DNA of 40,246 nucleotides from a virus (IMGVR_UViG_3300003888_000071:1-40246), one strand, 5' to 3'. Shown: positions 1-9,485, counted from the first letter of the stretch. Notes: generated by a model from the sequence alone, not told the origin. A program made the numbers and translations.

Positions 1-831
1 CTATTTAAGCTCTCGTCCCACCCAAACCGCACGGCCTATGATGCGGATTCCGTCTTGCAAATCGCCCCGGGCTTCGATTTCTAACGCGCAGTAGGCTTTG
101 TTGTAGCTGCTTAGAACCAGTTTACCCGGTTCGGCGTTAACTTCCTTGATATACACCATATCTTCTACGCCAACGGCGTAGAGCTTGCCAGGGATAGGCG
201 TCTTTTGGTTTTGGTCGATCAAAACAACGTCGCCATCTTTTATCTCTGGCTCCATGCTGTCGCCTGATACGCGCATCAATACCATCTGTGATGGGACGCC
301 CTTGCGCCATAAAAAGTCGAGCCGAAAGGCGTAATAGCGTTCGATCTTCCCGCCATTCTCGAAACTTCCTGTCCCTGCCGAGAGCCTTGCTTCCACCATG
401 GGCACCATGACGATCTGGCTGGTGTCGCATTCTATTACTTGGGGTTCGTCTTTCTTGGGCTTGTCCTGGACAGCCACTGTCTCTATCGGTTCTCCGGCTC
501 GCAGTATGCCCGCTCGGGCTGGCTCTCTGTTCACACGGGTCGAGTCATACATTGAGCCTTGGCCGTAGATCAGCCAGTCGGCAGAGACGCCGTATTTATT
601 GCTTATAGCTATGATCCAGTCGGATGGAACCCTTCCCTTCTTCTTTGCTTTTGCCACAGACGCCTGGCTAATGCCTAGGGCTATACCCAATGCCGTGTCT
701 GAACTTGCGCTGCACGCAAGCTTTAGGCGCTCGAACTGGCCGCTCTCGGTTGCAGGATCGCCGGCAGTATCTGCGCGCGATGGCGCAACCACTGGAGAAT
801 GAGGGGCAAGTTCTTTTTCGTTTGTGTCCAC
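1..831 (-). CDS. CI-like phage repressor (N-terminal HTH plus S24 autopeptidase)
   Basis: HTH 'DTALGIALGISQASVAKAKKKGRVPSDW...GVSADWLIYG'; S24 motifs 'LSAGTG', 'VSGDSMEP' (Ser), 'VYIKEV' (Lys), 'IIGRAVW'; divergent from early operon. Confidence 0.92.
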   Translation of the reverse strand: MDTNEKELAPHSPVVAPSRADTAGDPATESGQFERLKLACSASSDTALGIALGISQASVAKAKKKGRVPSDWIIAISNKYGVSADWLIYGQGSMYDSTRVNREPARAGILRAGEPIETVAVQDKPKKDEPQVIECDTSQIVMVPMVEARLSAGTGSFENGGKIERYYAFRLDFLWRKGVPSQMVLMRVSGDSMEPEIKDGDVVLIDQNQKTPIPGKLYAVGVEDMVYIKEVNAEPGKLVLSSYNKAYCALEIEARGDLQDGIRIIGRAVWVGRELK

Positions 832-837
832 AGATGC

Positions 838-925
838 TTAGCCTTGGGCAATGGGTTTGTGGCTATAAAAACAACCTGCAACCATAAAATACACTTGACG
901 CCTAATAGCCTATGGCTATAGGCGT
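838..925. promoter_or_regulatory. Divergent repressor/early promoter region with palindromic operator candidates
   Basis: TTGACG at 895-900 and TATAGG at 917-922; dyads ATAGCC-tat-GGCTAT (905-919) and TTAGCC-ttg-GGCAAT (838-852). Confidence 0.55.
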
Positions 926-987
926 TGGTTGTGGGCGTACAAATCGCCCCTGTAAAACTGATTACCACGGCAAAAACGGGAAGGGCA

Positions 988-1437
988 ATGTCCAAAAAGC
1001 GGCCAGATTTCGGCGGAAGGGCGGTGCAGCTCACGCTACCCTTGTCCAGCCTGCCGACAGCCAACCGCACAGCCGGGAGTTTGCGGGTCAAGGAAGCCGT
1101 CCAGGAGGCCCTTTCGGAGGCCATCCGACGAAGCGGCCTGTCTCGCGAATACATCGCCCAGGAGCTTTCCCGCCTGACCGGCGACGATTTTAGCGTGCAC
1201 GCTCTGAACAATTGGACCGCAGAGTCAAAGGACGACCGACGGATGCCGTTGGAAGCCGCTGGGGCAATGGCTGTTATTCTCCAGGACAAAAGCATTCTGG
1301 AAGCCGCTCTGGGATCAAGCGGGCACTTGGTCCTTTCACCCAAGGAACGTCCCATCTTTGAGTTGGGGCGGATCACCGTGGAGAAGAAACGCCGTTCCAA
1401 GAAAGAACGCGATCTATGGGAGCAATTGGATGGCTGA
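988..1437 (+). CDS. Phage regulatory protein (CII-like HTH)
   Basis: ATG at 988 after GGGAAGGG; 'SGLSREYIAQELSRLTG...LNNWTAESK...RMP' pattern; first early gene. Confidence 0.6.
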   Translation: MSKKRPDFGGRAVQLTLPLSSLPTANRTAGSLRVKEAVQEALSEAIRRSGLSREYIAQELSRLTGDDFSVHALNNWTAESKDDRRMPLEAAGAMAVILQDKSILEAALGSSGHLVLSPKERPIFELGRITVEKKRRSKKERDLWEQLDG

Positions 1438-1651
1438 AGTCAAAACGAGACAGATCAAGGCGTGGATGGTTCTCAATGGGTACACCCAAAAGTCCCTGGC
1501 CAAGCTGTACGGCTCGCATCTGTGCCTGATCGGCCGCTTCATCAATGGGCAACGAACCTCCGAGCCATTGAAACAGTTTTTGATTGGGCTGGGGTGCAAG
1601 GCGGAATGGTTCGGTGCGCCGAAGAAAAGGACGGGACGCCGTGTCGCTTGA
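1430..1651 (+). CDS. Small Ner/Cro-like HTH regulator
   Basis: MAEVKTRQIKAWMVLNGYTQKSLAK...IGRFING; overlaps upstream stop; precedes transposase. Confidence 0.6.
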   Translation: MAEVKTRQIKAWMVLNGYTQKSLAKLYGSHLCLIGRFINGQRTSEPLKQFLIGLGCKAEWFGAPKKRTGRRVA

Positions 1652-1687
1652 GCTGGTCGAATCTGAAATCGAGATGGTGGCGCAATC

Positions 1688-3757
1688 ATGACCCCGGATG
1701 CCTTCACGACGAGAGAATGGGCAGATTTACTTGGAGTGAGTCGACAGTCCGTCGATAAACGCGCCAAGCGCGAGTCCTGGCAATCTCGCCCTCGCCAGGG
1801 GCGCGGCGGCGGCAAGGAATGGCTCCTGGCTTCCATGCCTGCCGACACCCGCGAGGCCGTCGCGGCGGCGCTCATGAGCCAGGACACGCCGCCAGCCCTT
1901 GCCGTCGCCCTCGCCGTGCCCACCAAAACCGCCGTGTCCTCGCCCCTGGCGTCCTTGACCAAGCATCAGCGCGAAACCGCCTTGGCGCGGCTGGCTTTTG
2001 TCCGGGAGATCGACCGGCTGGCGGTGGCCGTGCGTAAGGAAAAGGCCATCCGTCAGTTGGTGGACGCTGCCCGGGACGATTCCTTGCCGCCGCGTCTGGC
2101 CGAGCTGGTGGCCGTGGCCAATGACCGTATGTCTGAAGGGCGCGGCCTGTCCCGTCGCCGGCTGTACGGTTGGTGTTCGCTTTTCGCAGAGGGCGGCGAG
2201 GGCGCGCTGGCCCCCAGGCACAAAGGCAAGGATATGACCGTGCCTGCCTGGGCGTCGTCCTTCCTGGCCATCTGGCAGCAGCCGCAAAAACCTACCATCG
2301 CCGACGCCTACAACCAGTTCGTGGATGCCTATGAAGGTATGCCGCCTTCCATTTTCGCTGTTCGCCGGTTTCTGGCCAAGATGGCCGACACTGACCGCGA
2401 GGCCGGCCGCGACACCGGCAACGCGCTGCTCAAGCGCCGGCCCCACAAACGGCGCAGCACAGACGAGCTGTGGCCCACCGACGTCTATACCGCCGACGGC
2501 ACCACCTTTGACGCCGAAATCCAGCACCCGGTCCACGGCCAGCCCTTCAAGCCGGAAGTGACCTTCGTTCTCGACGTGGCCACCCGGCGCTGTGTTGGCC
2601 TGTCCATCGGCGAGGCCGAAAGCGCCGGCACGGTGCTCGACGCCCTGCGCATGGCCTGCCTGTTCGGCGGCATCCCGGCCATGTTCTACACCGACAACGG
2701 TCCTGGCTACGTCAACAACATCATGCTCACCCCGGGTTCCGGCATGTTGGACCGCCTGGGCATCGACGCGGTCAAATCCATTCCCGGCCGGCCGCAAGGC
2801 AAGGGCCTTATGGAACGTGCGGTGCAAACGCTGTGCGACCCGCTGTCCAAACGCCTGCCGTCTTGCTCCCATGCCGATATGGACGGCGACGCGGCCAAGA
2901 AGGTGTTTAAGATCACTCGGGCGGACGTGAAAAAGCACGGCAAATCCAAGCTGCTCCCCACCTGGGAGACGTTTAAGGCCGCGCTTTTGGCCCGGGTCGA
3001 GGAATACAACGCCGCCCCGCACCGGGGGCTGGCCAGAATCGAAGACCAGACCACCGGCCGGCGGCGGCACCTTTCGCCCGACGAGGCTTGGAAAGGGTTT
3101 GTGGCGCGCGGGTTCGAGCCGTTTAGCGTGCCCGAGGCCATCCGCGACGAACTCTTCATGCCCGGCATTCCACGCAAAGTGCGAAACGGCGAGGTGCGGC
3201 TTTTCAACAGCACCTATTTTGCCGACGCCCTGGCCGATTTTCACGGCGACTTCGTGGACGTGCGCTACGACATCTGGGACGCCTCCACGGTCTATTGCTG
3301 GACCACCCGGGGAGAGATGATTTGCACGGCGCGTCTGGACGCCAACACCATCGACTATTTCCCCAAAAGTCAGGTCGAGGCCGCCCGGGAGAAACGGGCC
3401 AAGGGGCAGCTTTCGCGGCTGGCCGGCAAGATCGACCGCATCGCCCCCGGGGCCACGGTCCAGCTTCCCGAAGTTTCACCCGTCCTCACGCTCATGGCGG
3501 ACGCCGTCACGCCGGAGCTGCCTAACGCTTTGCCTGCGGACGCCGCTTCGCCGGTTCCCGGCAAACGCCCGCTCTTTTTGGCCGAGCAGGACCGCTATGC
3601 CTGGCTCATGCGCAACCGCGACCGTTGGACCGAAGGCGACCACGGCTGGATAGACGCATACGTCCGATCCCCAGGCTATGCGGACCTGCACGAGTACTAC
3701 CGCTACGAAGGCCTTGCCTGGGACGGCAACGTCCTGGCCCGGGCGCAAACCGAATAG
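1688..3757 (+). CDS. MuA-like DDE transposase
   Basis: N-terminal Mu HTH 'SRQSVDKRAKRESW..R.RQGRGGGKEW'; DDE motifs 'YTADGTT', 'YTDNGPGY', 'GKGLMER'; 689 aa. Confidence 0.95.
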   Translation: MTPDAFTTREWADLLGVSRQSVDKRAKRESWQSRPRQGRGGGKEWLLASMPADTREAVAAALMSQDTPPALAVALAVPTKTAVSSPLASLTKHQRETALARLAFVREIDRLAVAVRKEKAIRQLVDAARDDSLPPRLAELVAVANDRMSEGRGLSRRRLYGWCSLFAEGGEGALAPRHKGKDMTVPAWASSFLAIWQQPQKPTIADAYNQFVDAYEGMPPSIFAVRRFLAKMADTDREAGRDTGNALLKRRPHKRRSTDELWPTDVYTADGTTFDAEIQHPVHGQPFKPEVTFVLDVATRRCVGLSIGEAESAGTVLDALRMACLFGGIPAMFYTDNGPGYVNNIMLTPGSGMLDRLGIDAVKSIPGRPQGKGLMERAVQTLCDPLSKRLPSCSHADMDGDAAKKVFKITRADVKKHGKSKLLPTWETFKAALLARVEEYNAAPHRGLARIEDQTTGRRRHLSPDEAWKGFVARGFEPFSVPEAIRDELFMPGIPRKVRNGEVRLFNSTYFADALADFHGDFVDVRYDIWDASTVYCWTTRGEMICTARLDANTIDYFPKSQVEAAREKRAKGQLSRLAGKIDRIAPGATVQLPEVSPVLTLMADAVTPELPNALPADAASPVPGKRPLFLAEQDRYAWLMRNRDRWTEGDHGWIDAYVRSPGYADLHEYYRYEGLAWDGNVLARAQTE

Positions 3758-3773
3758 ACCGACAGGGAGCAGT

Positions 3774-4550
3774 ATGCGCAAGCAATTCGTTAAAACCGAA
3801 AACTATTCGCGCTTCACGGCCGGCATTGCCGCTGTGGAGCAGCGCGGCGCGGCCGAAGCCGGCATGATGCTGGTGCACGGCGCGCCGGGACTCGGCAAGT
3901 CCCATATTGTTGGGCATTGGGCGGCCGAATCCGGGGCGGTGTTCCTGCGCGCCAACGTGGATTGGACGCCCAAGTATTTTCTGGTGGAGCTGGCCAAAGC
4001 CCTCAAGGTGGACCCCTCGGGCACGGCGCAGCAGTTGTTCGGCCGCCTGCTGGAGCGGGTGGTGGAGGCGCAGCTTCCCATCGTTATCGACGAGGCGGAA
4101 TTCACCTTGCACAACAAGGCCGTGGCCCTGGAGAAAATCCGGGACCTGTCCGACCGGGCCGAGGTGACGGTGGTGCTCATCGGCATGGACCGCATCCAGC
4201 AGCAAATCAGCAAATACAAGCAGATTCACGGCCGCATCGCCCAGGTGGTGGAGTTTAAGTCCGCCACCCTGGCCGACGTGGCCCACGCCTGCGAACAGCT
4301 TGCCGAGGTGCGCATGACCCCGGCGCTTATGGCCGAAGTGCACCGCATTTCCGGCGGCCGTATGCGCGAGGCCTTAAACGTCATTGCGGCCATTGAGCGC
4401 ATTGCCAAGCTCAACGCCCTGGGCACGGTGGACGTGGCCGACCTGGAAGGCGCGCCCCTGGCCTTTGATTGGCAAAGCCGCACGCCCAAGACGGTCCGCC
4501 CGACCGCCGCCGGATCGAGCCGCGCCGCGAGCGCCGCCGGGGGGCGTTAG
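3774..4550 (+). CDS. MuB-like AAA+ transposition ATPase
   Basis: Walker A 'GAPGLGKS', Walker B 'IVIDEAE', 'VVLIGM'; AGGGAG before ATG 3774; follows transposase. Confidence 0.92.
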   Translation: MRKQFVKTENYSRFTAGIAAVEQRGAAEAGMMLVHGAPGLGKSHIVGHWAAESGAVFLRANVDWTPKYFLVELAKALKVDPSGTAQQLFGRLLERVVEAQLPIVIDEAEFTLHNKAVALEKIRDLSDRAEVTVVLIGMDRIQQQISKYKQIHGRIAQVVEFKSATLADVAHACEQLAEVRMTPALMAEVHRISGGRMREALNVIAAIERIAKLNALGTVDVADLEGAPLAFDWQSRTPKTVRPTAAGSSRAASAAGGR

Positions 4551-5129
4551 ATGGCTTGGCCAGGGCTGGCGATCCTGAACGCCCTCGCAGATGGGCCGCA
4601 GTTGAACCGGCAGCTTGCCGCCAGCCTGGGGAAGACTGCGGACACCACCCGTCTGTGTCTGGAAACCCTGCGGCACAAGGGCTTTATTATCTCAGCCGAA
4701 GGCGCGCACCAGCTGACCGACAAGGGCCGCACGGCCCTGGCCGAGGGGCGCGAAATCACGTCCGGTCCCTGCGGCGACGCCGCCCAAAGCCGCCGGGGGC
4801 CTACCCTGCGGCAACGCGCTTGGCGCGCCATGGGCATACGCGAGGGCTTTAGCCTGGACGATTTGCTGACCATGCTGTGCGACGGGAGCGAAAAGGATGC
4901 CGTGCGCAATCTGACCCGTTATCTCGCTGCCTTGGAAATGGCCGGTTATCTGCTGCCCTTGTCTCGGCGAGGGGAAGGGCAAGTGAAGCGCTGGCGGCTG
5001 CGCCGCGACCGGATCACCGGTCCCGAAGCGCCGGCTTTTAACACGCACACCCGACGCCTGACCGATTGCAACACCGGCGAAGTCATCGAGCTTGGCCGCA
5101 GCAAGGCGGGGGCTGGCCATGGCCGCTGA
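4551..5129 (+). CDS. Putative winged-helix DNA-binding protein
   Basis: Two wHTH-like segments; abuts B gene; typical position in Mu-like early operons. Confidence 0.6.
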   Translation: MAWPGLAILNALADGPQLNRQLAASLGKTADTTRLCLETLRHKGFIISAEGAHQLTDKGRTALAEGREITSGPCGDAAQSRRGPTLRQRAWRAMGIREGFSLDDLLTMLCDGSEKDAVRNLTRYLAALEMAGYLLPLSRRGEGQVKRWRLRRDRITGPEAPAFNTHTRRLTDCNTGEVIELGRSKAGAGHGR

Positions 5130-5478
5130 TTGGCAAACCTTGCTGGCGGCCGAGGCGGCCCGGACGTCCATTGCCGCCACGGCGCGCCGGCTGGGCTATT
5201 CGCGCACGGCCGTCAGTCTGGCCCTGGCCGGCAAGTACCCGGGCGGCACGGACAAGATGGCGGCAACGGTGCTGGACGTGCTTGGCGGCGTGGCCTGCCC
5301 GCAGCTGGGGCGCGAGGTGACGGCGGCCGAATGCGCCGACAAGGCCGGCGCCATGCCCACCTCCAGCCCGACGGCCCTGCGCCTGTGGCGGGCCTGCCAG
5401 ACCTGCCCGCATCGCCCGGGCGCGAACACAACCACCAAACGCCGGCCCGAAACGGCCGGAAAGGAGCATACGGCATGA
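5119..5478 (+). CDS. HTH protein with Cys-rich C-terminus
   Basis: 'SIAATARRLGYSRTAVSLALAGKYPG', 'VACPQLG...C', 'WRACQTCPHR'. Confidence 0.7.
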   Translation: MAADWQTLLAAEAARTSIAATARRLGYSRTAVSLALAGKYPGGTDKMAATVLDVLGGVACPQLGREVTAAECADKAGAMPTSSPTALRLWRACQTCPHRPGANTTTKRRPETAGKEHTA

Positions 5479-6092
5479 CGGCAGTTGCAACGATTCCCCA
5501 GGGCTACCTGGAAGACGCCAAGGGGCGTCTGATCCCCGAAACCAAGGTCAAACCGGTGGACAAGCTGCGCGACGAGCTGGTGCGCGGCGTGGTGGTCGCC
5601 GCCAAGGAGGCGCAAACGGCGCTGCGGAATTTTCGCGCCAACACCCTGGGCGACATCCAGGCCTTTGCCGACCTTTCGGCCGAAAAATACGGAGCCAAGC
5701 GCGGCGGCATCAAGGGCAACATTTCACTGTTGAGCTTCGACGGCCGCTACAAGGTGCAGGTGCAGATCAGCGACCACCTGTCCTTTGACGAGCGGTTGCA
5801 GGCCGCCAAAAGCTTGATCGACGAATGCCTGACCGAATGGGCGCAGGGCAGCACGGACGAAATCAAGGCCATCATCAACCAAGCCTTTGCCGTGGATAAG
5901 GAAGGCCGGGTCAACACCGGCGCGATTCTGGGCTTGCGCAAGCTGGACATTCAGGACGGCCGCTGGCGCGAAGCCATGGAAGCCATTGCGGACAGCTTGC
6001 AGGTTATTGGCTCGAAAAAGCTCCTGCGAGCCTACGAGCGCCAGGAAGACGGCAGCTATGCGCCCATCCCGTTGGACATCGCGGCACTGTAA
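5475..6092 (+). CDS. DUF3164-family protein (Gam-position early protein)
   Basis: AAGGAG RBS; 'GYLEDAKGRLIP', 'GGIKGNISLLSFDG', 'FDERLQAAKSLIDECL', 'IPLDIAAL'. Confidence 0.8.
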   Translation: MTAVATIPQGYLEDAKGRLIPETKVKPVDKLRDELVRGVVVAAKEAQTALRNFRANTLGDIQAFADLSAEKYGAKRGGIKGNISLLSFDGRYKVQVQISDHLSFDERLQAAKSLIDECLTEWAQGSTDEIKAIINQAFAVDKEGRVNTGAILGLRKLDIQDGRWREAMEAIADSLQVIGSKKLLRAYERQEDGSYAPIPLDIAAL

Positions 6093-6101
6093 GGAGGCAT
6101 C

Positions 6102-6395
6102 ATGGACGGCAAACAGTGTTGCAGATGCACGGAATGCGGCCACATGGGGTTGGCGCTCGTCAGCGGCGGCGAAACCTTGTGCGGCAACTGCGCCAGCCGC
6201 AGCGTGACGCCCTGCGCCGCGCCGGCGGATCGGCCCGTGCCCATGCGGGTGCTGCGCAGCGCCGAAGCCCAGGCCCTGGCCTGGAAGAAAAAGGCCGAGG
6301 CGCTGTCCGGCCTCATCAACCGGGCGAATCTGGCCGGGGCCATCGGTGCAAAATACGTCGTCAAGGCCCGAAAGGTCATGGCTGGCCGGGCTTAA
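6102..6395 (+). CDS. Hypothetical protein with Zn-ribbon-like CxxC pairs
   Basis: AAGGAGG RBS; CTEC and CGNC motifs. Confidence 0.65.
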   Translation: MDGKQCCRCTECGHMGLALVSGGETLCGNCASRSVTPCAAPADRPVPMRVLRSAEAQALAWKKKAEALSGLINRANLAGAIGAKYVVKARKVMAGRA

Positions 6396-6469
6396 TGCGA
6401 AACCGCCCCGCGCGGGCGGTCGTCGGACGGTGGCGCGTCCGGCCTGATGAGCAGCCAAAGAGAATCACT

Positions 6470-6889
6470 ATGCGTCCCGAATCCCGGAAATGCCTGTTGG
6501 CCAAAATCCATATCGCCAAGAAAGACCTCGGGTTGGATGACGACACCTACCGGGCAATCCTGGAGCGGCTGGCCGATCAGGACAGCGCCGCCGCCCTTAC
6601 CGTGCCCCAGCTGGTGCAAGTGGTCGCCTACCTGCGCAAATTGGGCTGGCAGGGACCGCCGGCCAAGAAGTCGTCCCACGGAAAGCCGGCGGCGCGTCCC
6701 GAGGCAGCCGGCTACCTGAACAAGATCGAAGCCTTGCTGGCCGAGGCCAAGCGGCCGTGGAGCTATGCCGTGGGCATTGCCAAGCGCATGTACCGCACGG
6801 ACAAGCTGGAATGGCTTAATGCGGGCCAGATGCGCGGCGTTTTGGCGGCGCTTTCCCGCGACGCCGCCCGCCATGGGAGGCCGGCATGA
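6470..6889 (+). CDS. gemA: GemA / Mu gp16-like (DUF1018) regulator
   Basis: 'LLAKIHIAKKDLGLDDDTYRAIL...SAAAL', 'KIEALL...W.YA' signature; directly upstream of mor-like gene. Confidence 0.85.
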   Translation: MRPESRKCLLAKIHIAKKDLGLDDDTYRAILERLADQDSAAALTVPQLVQVVAYLRKLGWQGPPAKKSSHGKPAARPEAAGYLNKIEALLAEAKRPWSYAVGIAKRMYRTDKLEWLNAGQMRGVLAALSRDAARHGRPA

Positions 6890-7308
6890 ACGGCGGCAAC
6901 AACCTGCCCGCCTCGGTGGCGGAACTGGTGGAACTGATCGGCCTGGATACGGCTATGAAGCTGGTGCGGACGCTGGGCGGCACCACTTTTCCCGTGCCCA
7001 AGCGCGCCACCAAGCTCGGCGAGCTGCGGTTTAACATGCTGGCCGACGTGGTGGGCCTGGACGCGGCGGACGCGCTGGTTAAGCATTTTGGCGGCGGCGA
7101 GCTGTACGTGCCCCGGTGCGCGGCGGCCTTGCAGGCGGCGCGGGATGCCGAGATCAATGCGTATTTTGTGGCCGAGACGAACAAAAGGCGGTCGTCGGCC
7201 GAGGTTGTTTTTCATTTGGCCCGACGATACAAACTTTCCGATAGGCGGGTGTGGCTGATTCTCAAGACGGCGCCCGTCAAGCCAGACGATCAATTGCGGT
7301 TGATTTAA
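6886..7308 (+). CDS. Mor/C-family transcription activator (probable late activator)
   Basis: 'LVELIG...LGGTTFPVP', 'FGGGELYVPRC...RDAEI', C-terminal HTH 'LARRYKLSDRRVWLIL'. Confidence 0.88.
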   Translation: MNGGNNLPASVAELVELIGLDTAMKLVRTLGGTTFPVPKRATKLGELRFNMLADVVGLDAADALVKHFGGGELYVPRCAAALQAARDAEINAYFVAETNKRRSSAEVVFHLARRYKLSDRRVWLILKTAPVKPDDQLRLI

Positions 7309-7320
7309 GGGAGTGAGAGC

Positions 7321-7767
7321 ATGAAGCGGCTTTTGTTGGCGTTTGGGTTTGTCCTTTTTCTGGTTTTTCCTGTCCATGCGGATGATCTTGAGATTGTCCC
7401 CATTGAAGCGCCGACATTGGCCCAATACCCGGATATTCCCGGGGCGCAAAAAGAGCTTCGTGCTTTGTATGATCGGCTGCTGGCTCTCAAGAAGCAACCG
7501 CAGTTCGCTCAGGCTGGATTCGGTTCGGGCTTTTCAGCCGGGAACAAGTGGATGCAGGACGCCATGGCCTACCGCGACAGGGTAGCCAAGCTCAACGTGC
7601 CGGCCACGGTTCGCGAGACGGGACCGGAACTGATAGAACTTGGCATGGCGTACATGAATGCTCGACACAAGGGACTTAAGACGTTGCAGGACATGGATGC
7701 CCACGAGGAAGCAATCTACAACGGTCGAAGCAAATTGGCCGAAGTCATATGGCTGGATGTAAACTAG
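7321..7767 (+). CDS. Accessory exported hypothetical protein
   Basis: Signal peptide MKRLLLAFGFVLFLVFPVHA|DD; AAGGGAG RBS; more AT-rich than flanks. Confidence 0.7.
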   Translation: MKRLLLAFGFVLFLVFPVHADDLEIVPIEAPTLAQYPDIPGAQKELRALYDRLLALKKQPQFAQAGFGSGFSAGNKWMQDAMAYRDRVAKLNVPATVRETGPELIELGMAYMNARHKGLKTLQDMDAHEEAIYNGRSKLAEVIWLDVN

Positions 7768-7771
7768 TCCT

Positions 7772-7824
7772 CTGAATCCCTTCACCTATCACCGCCCCCG
7801 GTGCGCCGCCTAGCATAGGCGGCG
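7772..7824 (+). promoter_or_regulatory. Late promoter candidate 1 (lysis operon)
   Basis: CTGAATCCCTTCACCT box; TAGCAT at 7811, 38 nt from the TGAA, inside a CGCCGCCT/AGGCGGCG dyad. Confidence 0.7.
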
Positions 7825-7874
7825 TCCGGGGGCGGTCTCTTTTCCGCCTCCCCATCAACTTCATGGAGGCGAAT

Positions 7875-8219
7875 ATGTTCAAATTCCGTTCCCCCCGCAT
7901 GGCCGGGTGCGCCCTGGCCTCTGTGACTCTGCTGGCGCTGGTCGTCGTCCTCTCGCCGCAGCAAGGGCCGGTGGCCCTGTACAAGCTGGCCCTGATGCTC
8001 GTGGCCGCGTTTGCCGGTTACTGGATTGACCGCACGGCCTTTCCGTATGCCCGGCCGGACAGCTACTTGCAGTACGACTGGCGAGAGGTCGTTGCCGGCA
8101 AGACGCTTGTGGCTGACAACCCCGTGGCCGAAGGCCATGCCATTCCCTTTGCCGCCGCCTTGCTGCGCCGGGCCGTGGTCATGGGCGCGTGCATGCTGGC
8201 CGTGGGCCTGGGGCTGTAG
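7875..8219 (+). CDS. Putative holin
   Basis: GGAGG RBS; three hydrophobic segments; 'GYWIDRTAFPYARP' and 'LRRAVVMGACMLAVGLGL'; first lysis gene. Confidence 0.8.
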   Translation: MFKFRSPRMAGCALASVTLLALVVVLSPQQGPVALYKLALMLVAAFAGYWIDRTAFPYARPDSYLQYDWREVVAGKTLVADNPVAEGHAIPFAAALLRRAVVMGACMLAVGLGL

Positions 8220-8221
8220 CC

Positions 8222-8893
8222 GTGCGTCGCGTCCCCCAACATTGGGTTGAGGGCTTCGCGTGGCTGGCGTTGGCCGCCGTGTGCTTTGCCCTGGCCATGT
8301 TGACCGCCCCGGGGTGCGCCCGGGCCGAGTCCATCCCGCCCGAGGCACAACGCCACCGGGCCGAGCTGACCCGCTGCTCCCGCTACGCCTTTGGCCTTGC
8401 CGCGCCGGTCGCCACCCTGGCGGCTCAGGTGCACCAGGAAAGCCGGTGGCGCGCCAACGCCGTCTCGCCGGTGGGGGCGCGGGGGCTGGCCCAGTTCATG
8501 CCCGCCACCTCGGCCTGGATCGGCGACATCGTGCCCGAACTGGCCGGCAACACCCCGTTTAATCCCGGCTGGGCGCTGCGTGCCCTGGCCGAATACGACA
8601 AATGGCTCTGGGACCGGGTGGCCGCCCGGGACGATTGCCAACGCATGGCCATGGCGCTGGCCGGCTATAACGGCGGCCTGGGCTGGGTGCAGCGCGACAA
8701 GGTTCTCGCCAAACGCCAGGGCGCGGACCCGTTAACCTGGTTCGGCCAAGTCGAGCGGTTTAACGCCGGCCGCTCCGTCGCCGCCTTCCGGGAAAACCGG
8801 GGTTATTCCCGCCGCATCCTGGGAACGCTTGAACCGCTCTACATCCGGGCCGGCTGGGGCCAGGGGGTGTGCCATGCCGCTTTGGCTCAATAA
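8222..8893 (+). CDS. Lytic transglycosylase (SLT) endolysin with N-terminal hydrophobic segment
   Basis: 'QVHQESRW' (catalytic Glu), 'GARGLAQFMPAT', 'AGYNGG', 'ENRGY'; start position approximate. Confidence 0.9.
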   Translation: MRRVPQHWVEGFAWLALAAVCFALAMLTAPGCARAESIPPEAQRHRAELTRCSRYAFGLAAPVATLAAQVHQESRWRANAVSPVGARGLAQFMPATSAWIGDIVPELAGNTPFNPGWALRALAEYDKWLWDRVAARDDCQRMAMALAGYNGGLGWVQRDKVLAKRQGADPLTWFGQVERFNAGRSVAAFRENRGYSRRILGTLEPLYIRAGWGQGVCHAALAQ

Positions 8894-9485
8894 ATGGGTG
8901 CTCGGGGCCGTGGCGGGGTTGGTCGCCTGTCTGCTGGCCTTCGGGGCAGGCTACCGGACCGGCTTTGACCGGGCCGACGCCGCCCGCAAGGCCGAGGTGG
9001 CCGAGCTGACTGCCCAGGCCGAGACCTGGAAGGCCGAGCAGGCCAAAGCCTGGGCCGAGGCGGAACGCAAGGCGCGCGAGGAACTTGCCGCCGCGACCAA
9101 TCGGGTCAATGCCCTGGCCGCCCGGCTGGACGGGGCCAAATGCGAACAAGCGGCCAAAATCCGCGACATCACCAGGAGGATACCCCGTGCCACGGCTGGT
9201 TTGCATTGCTCTTTCGGCCCTGATTTTGTGCGGTTGTACAACGAAGCCCTCGGTTGCGCCGCCGGTCGTGTCGGTGGTGGTTCCGTGCCCGAAACCGGCG
9301 ATTCCGGCGGCGCTGCTGGAGCGCCCGACGCCGCCCCGGCCGTTGGTCCCGGATTACGACCAATGCGCGCCGTGACCCCGGCCGACATCCTGGCCCAACT
9401 GCGCGACTATGGCGCGCGCAGCCAGGCGATGGAGGCGCAGGTCAACGCCCTGATCGACCTGGCTTCGGAACCCGGGGGCCGCTGA
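8874..9485 (+). CDS. Rz-like inner-membrane spanin
   Basis: N-terminal TM segment then Ala/Glu-rich coiled coil; follows endolysin. Confidence 0.75.
   Translation: MPLWLNKWVLGAVAGLVACLLAFGAGYRTGFDRADAARKAEVAELTAQAETWKAEQAKAWAEAERKAREELAAATNRVNALAARLDGAKCEQAAKIRDITRRIPRATAGLHCSFGPDFVRLYNEALGCAAGRVGGGSVPETGDSGGAAGAPDAAPAVGPGLRPMRAVTPADILAQLRDYGARSQAMEAQVNALIDLASEPGGR
9187..9375 (+). CDS. Rz1-like outer-membrane lipoprotein spanin embedded in Rz
   Basis: AGGAGGA at 9174-9180, GTG at 9187; signal 'PRLVCIALSALILCG|C' lipobox; Pro-rich mature part; +1 frame inside Rz. Confidence 0.75.
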   Translation: MPRLVCIALSALILCGCTTKPSVAPPVVSVVVPCPKPAIPAALLERPTPPRPLVPDYDQCAP

